Positions 9,564-17,025 of a stretch of 53,798 nt of DNA are shown in pieces (within the stretch, counting starts at the first letter, position 1; every line of letters begins with the position of its first letter). The position numbers were made by a program, and so were the translations under genes. The stretch is from positions 1 to 53,798 of the IMG/VR virus record IMGVR_UViG_3300031576_001304. The stretch is one strand, 5' to 3'. A model generated the notes under the pieces. It was given only the letters and a program-made list of their open reading frames with translations. It made no database searches and was not told the DNA's origin. This DNA comes from a virus. Lineage: Duplodnaviria; Caudoviricetes.

Positions 9564-11027
9564 TCAATCCTCCACGCTGATCGTTCTCGCGGTCGTTGAG
9601 ACGCCCGCGGTCTTGTCGTACCGGTAGACTCCCGGATTACTTGCGCTGATGAAGCGCCCGTTCGCCTGCTGGCGCAGCCGGTCGATCTGATCGGCTGCGC
9701 TCCTGGACACCGGGACGATGTAGGTTGCCGCTTCCTGCAAACTGGACTTGAGCCGGTACGCCAGGTCACAGCACTGCCGGATCTCCGCGCCGGTCCATCC
9801 CTCGTCGTTGGGGACCTCGTCGCCGCGGCCGAACTTCTTGCAGTAGATCCGCCAGATCGACTCGCGCTCTTCGGCGGTCGGAAGGTCGAAGAAGAACGTC
9901 CCGAACGTAAAGCGCCTTCTCAGTTCCGGCGGAAGGACGCCAATCGAGTTACACGTCGCGATGAACAGCGACCGCCCCTGACTGACGGCCTGAACGACCT
10001 TCAAGCTCTGCCTGAGACGCGCTCCGGACTCGCCGACCAGGGAGCCCTTCATCCCGGCCAGATCGAAGGCAATCGTCGGAATGCCGGCCGTGTTCCCAGT
10101 GGCTTTCGCGATGGCCGATTTCGCGGCTCCGGGCGGGCCTATGAAGATGACGCCCTTCGCTTCGTTGTCCTGCATCCACGAGAGCAGCGTCCCGGTCATT
10201 TCAGTTGAGACGCCGGATAGGTCAGTACCCGTGCCGGCGAACTGCTTCTCGATCTCATCGAGGAAAACCACGGCCCGCGGCGGCTCCGCGCCGTTCAAGA
10301 TGCGGCCCATGAACGTCTTCGCGTTCTCGCAGCCTCCGATTTGATCGAACGTCTCACCGCCGCGCCAGACCGAGAGGCCAGGAGTCGCCTCGATCATCTT
10401 CCGCTTGCGCTCCCACAGGGCGTCGAAGTCCAGCCCGTCGCGCGTGATCGACATTGCCGCGACCTGCTCGGCCGGGAAAGCTGCGAGACCACAGAGCGCA
10501 TCAACGGCCCGCACCGTTACGTCGTCGGCTGGCGGCTTCAAGTCGGCCGCTTTATACGTTTCCTTGACTATCACGACCAATTCATCGTTCGTCGGAAGCG
10601 GTTCGTCGAGCAGAAGCACGTCCTGGGCGATTTCTGCCGGGAGCGTCAGATCGGGCGCGAGTAGGACCAGGGTCCGCATGTTCTGCTTGAACTCGTCGCG
10701 GAGATTCCAGACGGCCTGGGATACGCCTTGCTCTCCGACCACGCGGTGAATGTTCTCGAAGAACACCAGCGCCTTTCCGGGGAGCTGCCCGCAGAGCCCG
10801 AGTGCCTCGACCGGGTTCGTGGTCGTCGTCGGATCGACGTTGAGGTTGGAGACCGCCTGTTGTCCGGCCGTGTTCATCCCGGCCAATCCGGTGACGATGT
10901 TCCAGCGCAGCATGGGCGTACCGTTGAAGCTCTTGGCGATGGTTGCGATGGTCGCCGCGGGATCGGCTGTGCGCACCGCGATCAGTGGAGTGCTCACCCG
11001 GCGGGCGGCTTTGAATTGTTGAATCAT
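9564..11027 (-). CDS. Ycf46-like AAA+ ATPase with permuted Walker B/Walker A order
   Basis: Ycf46-type N-domain; VVFLDEIEK lies before GPPGAAKS; also SLVGES, FIATCN, LPPELRRRF, FFFDLP, GWTGAEI. Confidence 0.85.
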   Translation of the reverse strand: MIQQFKAARRVSTPLIAVRTADPAATIATIAKSFNGTPMLRWNIVTGLAGMNTAGQQAVSNLNVDPTTTTNPVEALGLCGQLPGKALVFFENIHRVVGEQGVSQAVWNLRDEFKQNMRTLVLLAPDLTLPAEIAQDVLLLDEPLPTNDELVVIVKETYKAADLKPPADDVTVRAVDALCGLAAFPAEQVAAMSITRDGLDFDALWERKRKMIEATPGLSVWRGGETFDQIGGCENAKTFMGRILNGAEPPRAVVFLDEIEKQFAGTGTDLSGVSTEMTGTLLSWMQDNEAKGVIFIGPPGAAKSAIAKATGNTAGIPTIAFDLAGMKGSLVGESGARLRQSLKVVQAVSQGRSLFIATCNSIGVLPPELRRRFTFGTFFFDLPTAEERESIWRIYCKKFGRGDEVPNDEGWTGAEIRQCCDLAYRLKSSLQEAATYIVPVSRSAADQIDRLRQQANGRFISASNPGVYRYDKTAGVSTTARTISVED

Positions 11028-11179
11028 CTCGCCTCCTTCTCCGAGAACTCAACCCAGGCCCGCGCGAGCTCGACAGCTTCTTTGTGTGGGCACGGCCCGG
11101 TGATCGTGATGGCCCTCCGGTACACGCCGTGAACGATGGTCAGGTTCAGGACGGCGTCGTAGGTCACGGTGATCTTCAC
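11024..11179 (-). CDS. Small hypothetical protein (MKITVTYD...)
   Basis: GTGA and ATGA overlaps. Confidence 0.55.
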   Translation of the reverse strand: MKITVTYDAVLNLTIVHGVYRRAITITGPCPHKEAVELARAWVEFSEKEAR

Positions 11180-11325
11180 GCGACCACCTTCTCGACCGTG
11201 AGCCAATATCTCCACCGGCGACCTTCGATGAATGGCTCGACGGCCGTCACGCGCCAGAGAGAACCATCTACCGCGGTAAGCACATCGCCGATTGCCTTCG
11301 GAGCCGAGTGGACTATCTTTCTCAC
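11176..11325 (-). CDS. Small hypothetical protein, 49 aa (MRKIVHSAPKAIGDVL...), not in the ORF track
   Basis: GTGA overlaps at both ends; RBS GAGGTGG. Confidence 0.55.
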   Translation of the reverse strand: MRKIVHSAPKAIGDVLTAVDGSLWRVTAVEPFIEGRRWRYWLTVEKVVA

Positions 11326-11501
11326 GCGACCACCTCAACGACGCTCAGGTCCGGCGCTTGGATGACACCGGCAATGAGTAGATCAAGTACAGTCTCGTGC
11401 GCGAGCGCCTCGGCCTCGGCTGGCGAGTCGGCATCGAACACTTCCGCGTAGCGCTGAGCGCCGTCGTCTTCGTAGACCCCAATGACCAGATACTTGTTCA
11501 C
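11322..11501 (-). CDS. Small acidic hypothetical protein (MNKYLVIG...)
   Basis: RBS AAGGAGG; GTGA overlaps. Confidence 0.6.
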   Translation of the reverse strand: MNKYLVIGVYEDDGAQRYAEVFDADSPAEAEALAHETVLDLLIAGVIQAPDLSVVEVVA

Positions 11502-11932
11502 AGCGCCTCCTTGAAATACCCGTACACGCACCGCGTGCCGCCTCTCGATGGATCATGGGTGTCCCGGATCACTCCGTCGATCACGACGGTAAGGTGACGC
11601 GAGAGCGCGACGATCAAGCGGCCCGTGGGAAGCTCGTCGCCTCGAAGGTGTACCTGGCAGCCGGTTCCGATGCCCATGGTCGGAGTGAATCGCCAACCGA
11701 TCCGATCCAAATACCGCCGATAGGTCTGCTTGAAGACGCCGTTCCGGGCTGAGGAGCGCCGGCCACGCCGTTGCCTGCTGCTGCGCTCGTTCGCAGCGAG
11801 ACCGTTGATTGCGTCGTAGACTTCCCGGTAGGGCTTGCCTGTTGCTATGGCGATCGCTCTCGTGACGCAATCGCCAGCTTTTCCGGCGTGCCCGGCCTCT
11901 GCTCTACCGCCGTCGTCGCAAACGAAGTTCAC
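11498..11932 (-). CDS. Phage protein, possible papain/C39-like Cys-His-Asp fold
   Basis: GDCVTRAIAIATG...HLTVVIDG...DTHD; RBS GGAGG before GTG 11932. Confidence 0.65.
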   Translation of the reverse strand: MNFVCDDGGRAEAGHAGKAGDCVTRAIAIATGKPYREVYDAINGLAANERSSRQRRGRRSSARNGVFKQTYRRYLDRIGWRFTPTMGIGTGCQVHLRGDELPTGRLIVALSRHLTVVIDGVIRDTHDPSRGGTRCVYGYFKEAL

Positions 11933-12111
11933 AGCGCCTCCGCGACGAACCGAACCGACATCCGCATTCCGCGGAACGTGCCGAACATCTCCGTGTCGAG
12001 GATTTCCAGGATTCGCCAGCGGCGCTTCTGACCGTCGATCCAGACATCCGTTTGGTGCGGAATATGGTCGTCCATCTTCCGGGTGACCGTGAAAACCTTG
12101 GTCTGTGACAT
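11929..12111 (-). CDS. Hypothetical protein
   Basis: RBS GGGAG; GTGA overlap; first gene after the long leader. Confidence 0.6.
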   Translation of the reverse strand: MSQTKVFTVTRKMDDHIPHQTDVWIDGQKRRWRILEILDTEMFGTFRGMRMSVRFVAEAL

Positions 12112-12561
12112 TGATGTACTCCCAGGTTGGTGATTCCCTCTGTGTTTTGTCCGGGCTTGGGACCGGCACCGTCAGGTGGCCACATTAAGGGGCGGGATTT
12201 GTGCCGCCCCCAATTTCCGATGCTCCAGGTGGTCACTGTCCGATTCCTCAACGCCTGCTGCGATTCCCCGGTTCATGACTCTCGTACTCCGGTCCTCCCA
12301 CGGTTCGGGCGGTTAGCCCATCCGAGCGGCGCCTTCATGCGGCTCCGACCTTCCCTGGTTGCTGCCGCGCGTGGAGCGCGGAGGGACTTCCCGTTCGTGG
12401 TACTCTCCCTGTCCCCTGGTGTCTGCGTCAGCCGCTCCTCTAATCCGGCTCTGGCTCTCGCCGTCATCGCCTTCATCGCCCGTTCAGCCTTGGCCGTCGT
12501 GCTTTCAGCCGATTGCAGGGGCCGGTCTTGCGGTCCGCCCGATCTTGTTCGACCAGGTCCA

Positions 12562-12580
12562 GCTATTCAGTTGTAAAACC
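12562..12580 (-). promoter_or_regulatory. boxA-like antitermination motif
   Basis: Minus-strand GGTTTTACAACTGAATAGC resembles rRNA-leader boxA regions (...TTTGAAAACTGAATA). Confidence 0.4.
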
Positions 12581-12641
12581 TCTCTGCGTTTACCTGGGCT
12601 TGAGACCAGCACCCCGGAGGGTGGCCGCATTACTGGAGCCC

Positions 12642-13064
12642 TTAGGCTCCGAAAACCTGGAAGGTGAGGCCCTTGCCCGTGACTGCCTGCCGAACCTTGG
12701 CGGCCAGTGTGGTCGGGGTGGCCTGGATCTCCGCGACCTCAAGTGGTCGTGCCAACCGCTTCCGGTACACCCGCACTCGGTAGTCCGAGAGGATCTCTAT
12801 GTCGTTCTCCCTCCCCTTCGGGTTCACGCAATCGTCGCCCTCGACGAACTCGATTTCGGCGGCCAGGAGGCGCGCCCGAACTTCCGATAGCTCGTCGCCG
12901 CCGATTCGTCGGGCTGCCTGGTAGAGGCCTGCGCAGGACGGGCAGGACTTCATGTGGTTGGAAATTGCCTGTAGTGTGTTCGGGTGAAACCCACGTTGGC
13001 CGGTAGCGGCCAAGTGATGGATTAGGACGGCGCTTACGTGCCGCCCGACCGTTTTCTTTTCCAT
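12642..13064 (-). CDS. Hypothetical protein with HxxxCxxC zinc motif, probably leaderless
   Basis: HMKSCPSC; ATG 13064 lies 5 nt after a -10 box. Confidence 0.6.
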   Translation of the reverse strand: MEKKTVGRHVSAVLIHHLAATGQRGFHPNTLQAISNHMKSCPSCAGLYQAARRIGGDELSEVRARLLAAEIEFVEGDDCVNPKGRENDIEILSDYRVRVYRKRLARPLEVAEIQATPTTLAAKVRQAVTGKGLTFQVFGA

Positions 13065-13069
13065 GATTG

Positions 13070-13098
13070 ATTGTGACACATATACTGCTGTTGTGCAC
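13070..13098 (-). promoter_or_regulatory. Leftward sigma70-like promoter
   Basis: GTGCAC-17 nt-CACAAT in the AT-rich divergent region. Confidence 0.5.
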
Positions 13099-13253
13099 GA
13101 GTGTTTATGGAAAAAATAATCAGTTTGTTTTAAGTGGTTTACGGAGACTGTTTCGCTGTTTACTTGGCTTTCCGTTGATTCCTGGTTGCGGCCTTATAAG
13201 TATATTTGTTGTTAGTGGTTTACAGAGGACGAAAAAACTCTTGAAACTCGCCG

Positions 13254-13283
13254 TTGACCAACAGCTACAGACGTGTATAGAAT
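13254..13283 (+). promoter_or_regulatory. Rightward sigma70-like promoter
   Basis: TTGACC-18 nt-TAGAAT. Confidence 0.55.
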
Positions 13284-13310
13284 GATTATGGGTCGCCACA
13301 GACCGGACGT

Positions 13311-13766
13311 TTGGCGGTTCAGAAATACTTGGTTCCGGGGCCAATCAAACCCCGGTCCGGCAACTGTTGGGGGTGGAGTCTGCAACCAGGCGGGATTCAG
13401 GTAAAGAACGTGGACGGTACGCCGGCGTTTGAGGCTGACGACGATCTCGCGCGGCAGATTCTTCGCTCAAAGCACGGCCGGATTCGCAGGGACGGCCGCA
13501 ACGGTCGGCACATCCAGCTTCTGGTAAACGTCGGCGAAGTCACCGATGGGGAGGCGCCGGTCAAGCCGCTCACCATGTCAGACCTTCGCCGCGGGATGAA
13601 GTACGTGTTCCGTCAATCGCTCGGAGACGGCAGGTACGTGTATACCCTGCGTGATCTGCCGGGTATCGGCATTCGCTTTGTCGGCGAGCCGATGCGGGCA
13701 ACAGAGCGCGCCGCTGATGCGCGGGGCATCTTCACGGAAGTTCTCCGGTCGGTCTGCGCGGCTTGA
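13311..13766 (+). CDS. Hypothetical protein; start uncertain
   Basis: First rightward ORF; TTGA overlap with the next gene. Confidence 0.6.
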   Translation: MAVQKYLVPGPIKPRSGNCWGWSLQPGGIQVKNVDGTPAFEADDDLARQILRSKHGRIRRDGRNGRHIQLLVNVGEVTDGEAPVKPLTMSDLRRGMKYVFRQSLGDGRYVYTLRDLPGIGIRFVGEPMRATERAADARGIFTEVLRSVCAA

Positions 13767-14137
13767 AGCCAGCACGAGACCGGCTTTACTTGGCCTGGAT
13801 CAGAACGCTGCCGTGCGTCGCGTGTCGCCGGTGGCCGACAGAGTACAACCCGACTGAGGCGGCACACACGGGACCGCATGGCCTCGGTCAGAAGTCTTCC
13901 GACTACAGCGCCATTCCGCTGTGCGCTGAGTGTCACCGGACCGGGCCCCATGCGTACCACCGCAGCCTGCGGCGGTTCAACGAACACTTCGGCCTGGACG
14001 TACAAGGCATCGTCGGTTTCCTGGGCGCGGCCTACCGCGATCCAGCAAGGAGGTCACAGATTGCGTATTGTCCTTCCTCTGTTTTCTGTGGGCGAGTCGG
14101 CGCTAGCTGCGATGGCCGACCCGTCGCCGTCGCCTGA
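13763..14137 (+). CDS. DUF968 / Ref-like HNH-fold protein
   Basis: YLAWIRTLPCVAC...AAH...IPLCAECH. Confidence 0.75.
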   Translation: MKPARDRLYLAWIRTLPCVACRRWPTEYNPTEAAHTGPHGLGQKSSDYSAIPLCAECHRTGPHAYHRSLRRFNEHFGLDVQGIVGFLGAAYRDPARRSQIAYCPSSVFCGRVGASCDGRPVAVA

Positions 14138-14378
14138 GGACGTTGCGATAACAGCCGAGCGCATCCGACTGGTTCGCGAGAGCCTGAACGCCCTGACGCG
14201 GGTTCAGCGGGCAACCGTCACGGCTTTTTACATAGACGAGCTTTCACCCGACAGCGTGTGTGATCGCATGGGGTTCAGTAAGACGCGCCTGTATCGTGTG
14301 CTCGCAGAATCCCGATTTCGCATCGAGGCGCGCCTTCGAGCGCGTGGTATCAGTTCGGCCTGGTGCCTGGCGGCGTAA
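14061..14378 (+). CDS. Sigma-70 region 4-only HTH protein
   Basis: DPSPSPED...LNALTRVQR...FYIDELS..SVCDRMGFSKTRL; AAGGAGG before TTG 14061. Confidence 0.65.
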   Translation: MRIVLPLFSVGESALAAMADPSPSPEDVAITAERIRLVRESLNALTRVQRATVTAFYIDELSPDSVCDRMGFSKTRLYRVLAESRFRIEARLRARGISSAWCLAA

Positions 14379-14870
14379 TCACCACAGGCTGAGGTTTTGT
14401 GGGGCCCGAGCCGGTGGAGTGTTGCCCCTGTCTTCGATGGTGTCCCCGTCCTGTGTGATCTGGAGTACGCGGTAGCCCATCAGTACAACGACCGGCGCCA
14501 GCAGGTAATGCCGGTGGCACCCATGGAAGTCGCCTTCTGAGCACATCATGGCGGTCAGGGTCGTCGGTGGTAGCACGTAGCGCAGGAAGTCGCGCACGCC
14601 GGCCGGCGGCAGTGGATCTTTACCGCCGAGCTTTCCCATGTGCAGGTAGTCGATGTCCGCCGACTGGCAGGACAGCCTTAGTGCGTCTCTGTCGAACCAG
14701 GGGAATCGGTAGCTGCGTGGTGACGTGCGAACGTCCCAAAGCGCTTTGATCTCATGGCGCTTCAGGAGACCCAGAAACTTCTCGACCCGGTGGTTAGAGT
14801 GACCGATCATCCAGAGCGTCTTCCCCGGACTCCCCAGGATTTCCCCGTTTTGCGTTGACAGCGGGTGCAT
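14379..14870 (-). CDS. DUF488 family protein
   Basis: IGHSNH, DVRTSPRS, LGG, MCSE...CHR motifs; probable leaderless ATG at 14870. Confidence 0.85.
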   Translation of the reverse strand: MHPLSTQNGEILGSPGKTLWMIGHSNHRVEKFLGLLKRHEIKALWDVRTSPRSYRFPWFDRDALRLSCQSADIDYLHMGKLGGKDPLPPAGVRDFLRYVLPPTTLTAMMCSEGDFHGCHRHYLLAPVVVLMGYRVLQITQDGDTIEDRGNTPPARAPQNLSLW

Positions 14871-14876
14871 AACTTC

Positions 14877-14905
14877 AGTGTACACTACAACTGGTGTAGT
14901 GTCAA
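14877..14905 (-). promoter_or_regulatory. Strong sigma70 promoter with overlapping palindromic operator
   Basis: TTGACA-17 nt-TACACT, 6 nt before the ATG; ACACTACA-N5-TGTAGTGT inverted repeat at 14882-14902. Confidence 0.75.
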
Positions 14906-15039
14906 TCAAATAGCCGCGATGGTTCAAGTGGGTTTTCTCTCGCGGCTCGGTTGTGTATTGAGACAACCGCGGTTATGGAAAACGGCGTTTCGGGCTCCGT
15001 CGGGTGATAATCGGTGGATAATGCACCCCAAGAATTTTA

Positions 15040-15288
15040 TCAAGAATGTTTTGCTGAGCAGTGGTCGGTCTTGAGTCCCATCCGCGCGTCCTCGACCAAA
15101 TGTTGGATGATCTGGGCGGTGATCATGCCGGGCGACGAAATCTTGTCGGCCCTGACGACTTCTTCGTAGCCGCACTCTCTCGCGGCCGGCTCGACGATGT
15201 GGTGCAGGAGTTGATCGGCCTGCTTGCGCGTGGGTGTCCCTTCGTCTCCAATTGGGCTGATAACGAAGCAGGTTTTCAAGTTTATCAC
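15040..15288 (-). pseudogene. Truncated nucleoside 2-deoxyribosyltransferase-like protein
   Basis: CFVISPIG...VRAD...GMITAQIIQHL, but the expected ADL..D...NPNV.YELG half is missing. Confidence 0.6.
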
Positions 15289-15317
15289 CCCCAGGCGTTT
15301 ATTCTACAACGAGTTTC

Positions 15318-15386
15318 GCGGTGAAGCACGTGGGTGCGCCCCGGCGTCCAACCGGGGAGGCCGGTTCGACTCCGGTAGCCGCTCCA
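15318..15386 (+). tRNA. Degenerate tRNA-Gly(UCC)-like RNA, 69 nt, encoded CCA
   Basis: Acceptor GCGGU/GCCGC + U + CCA; D stem GCAC/GUGC; anticodon stem CCCCGG/CCGGGG with loop CGUCCAA; T arm GCCGG-UUCGACU-CCGGU. Confidence 0.8.
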
Positions 15387-15717
15387 ACGATTCGTGAAAT
15401 CCAGCCACGCCGAAGGTTTGGCGCTTGGATTGACGGGCGTCGCGAATCCAGCAATCACCATGCCGGAGTTTGGCACGTGAATTGACGGCGCCGTGCGCGA
15501 AAAAAATCTGTGGAAAAGTCAAAGCGATACAAAGACCTGGGCGTTTTCGGGTTTTTCGGCGCTAAGCTATTGAAAGTAAGGGGGCGTGGTCGGTGGGTGA
15601 TTGTATTGACCAGTGCTCTGTAATCGCGCTACGGGGCAATACGCGAGAAATGCCCTAAGTGATTTGTGTTGAATTGGTTACGTGGCAACAGTTTGGCACT
15701 TGGCGTGATTACCTGTC

Positions 15718-17025
15718 ATGTTCGTCGGCGCAATCGAGTCTGAGTTCCGCCAGTGGTTCGCGCTCAACCGCCAGGCCTTCGCTGGCCGGACGTTGTTCGT
15801 CGGCTGCTCGGGCAACTTCACTATTGAGCAGCTTCTGGGGCCGGTCGCCGGCGCCGTTCACTCGAACGATGTCTCGATCTACTCGCATTTCCTGGGCAAC
15901 CACCTGGCCGGGCAGCCGTTCAACTGCCGGATCAAGGACCCGGCCTGGGAGTGGCTCTCGGTCTTCCTCGACGAGAACCCCGGCGCCTGCATCGTCCTGC
16001 TGTTCGAGCTTCTGAAGTGGGAGCGCCAGAAGACGCTCTTTGAGCAGCGCATCTATCGGGAGATCCTCGATACCTGGGAGTGCCGGTTTGAAAAGACCGC
16101 CGAGCGCGTCGAGCAGGCGAAGGCGCTGTGCCGGGTGAGCAGTTACCGTAGCTCGGACATCTTCGACTTCGCGGAGGCCGCCCGGGAGATCAACCCCGCC
16201 GGCGTGTTCCTGGCGTTCTTGCCGTTCTACAGGGGCGGGTACGAGCGGCTGTATAAACGCCTCGACCAAATCCTGGATTGGGACCGGCCGCGCTACGAGG
16301 TCATTGACGCGGTGCGCAAGGCCGCCATCGTCGAGCGCGTTCGGCGCTTCGATCACGTCGTTATCGACGACGTGGAACACGCTGGCGACCCGGCGGTCAT
16401 GCTCAAGCGGAAGTCGCCGACGAAGTCGATGTGGCTGTACTCAAACCTAGATCTGGACCGGGTTCTGGTTCAGCGGCATGCCAACTCAGAGCCGACATAC
16501 TATCCGATCCTGACGGACGACGACGCGGACCGGTTAACGCCGGAGTCGGTCGTCACGATCAAGCGAGTCAAGGCCGCTGAGATCAACTACTACCGCAACC
16601 GCTACCTGGCGAAGGGGATCGAGTTCGCGGACGGCCAGTGGAGCCTCCTGTTTTTCGCTGACGGCAAACTGTTCGGGTTCGCGATCGCGTCGCTATCAAA
16701 GTTTGGCGGCGCGGGGTTGTACGTCATGAGCGACTTCGTGGTTCCATTGACGAAGACGAAGCGCCTGTCGAAATTGCTGCTCCTGCTCATGCAGGGCTCG
16801 CACTTCCGCGACGTGTGCCAGGAGTTTACGTTGTCGCGCGTTCCGGTGCTCAGTACCACGGCGTTTACGGACAAACCGATCAGCATGAAGTACCGGGGCA
16901 TCTGGGAGTTGGCGAAGCGCGGCAGTGACGCCTCGGGCAAGAAGTTCCTGAACTATCAGACGGCCACTGGCCTGCACGATGACGCGGAGGCGATTCGACG
17001 GTGGATGACGCAGTACCGACGGTAG
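15718..17025 (+). CDS. Adenine methyltransferase-like domain fused to a GNAT/Mom-like domain (antirestriction DNA-modification protein)
   Basis: N-term FVGCSGNFTIE, HSNDVS, FLPFYRGGYE; C-term LLFFADGKLFGF, SDF, RLSKLLL, TTAFT, SMKYRG in GNAT-like order. Confidence 0.7.
   Translation: MFVGAIESEFRQWFALNRQAFAGRTLFVGCSGNFTIEQLLGPVAGAVHSNDVSIYSHFLGNHLAGQPFNCRIKDPAWEWLSVFLDENPGACIVLLFELLKWERQKTLFEQRIYREILDTWECRFEKTAERVEQAKALCRVSSYRSSDIFDFAEAAREINPAGVFLAFLPFYRGGYERLYKRLDQILDWDRPRYEVIDAVRKAAIVERVRRFDHVVIDDVEHAGDPAVMLKRKSPTKSMWLYSNLDLDRVLVQRHANSEPTYYPILTDDDADRLTPESVVTIKRVKAAEINYYRNRYLAKGIEFADGQWSLLFFADGKLFGFAIASLSKFGGAGLYVMSDFVVPLTKTKRLSKLLLLLMQGSHFRDVCQEFTLSRVPVLSTTAFTDKPISMKYRGIWELAKRGSDASGKKFLNYQTATGLHDDAEAIRRWMTQYRR

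Noticed and set aside
12273-12476. 67-aa ORF inside the long leader
   Set aside because: No RBS, Arg/Gly-rich composition, and not coupled to neighbouring genes
15318-15386. tRNA fragment as an att-site remnant
   Set aside because: It lies 14 kb from the integrase, has both halves of the cloverleaf, and no second copy was seen
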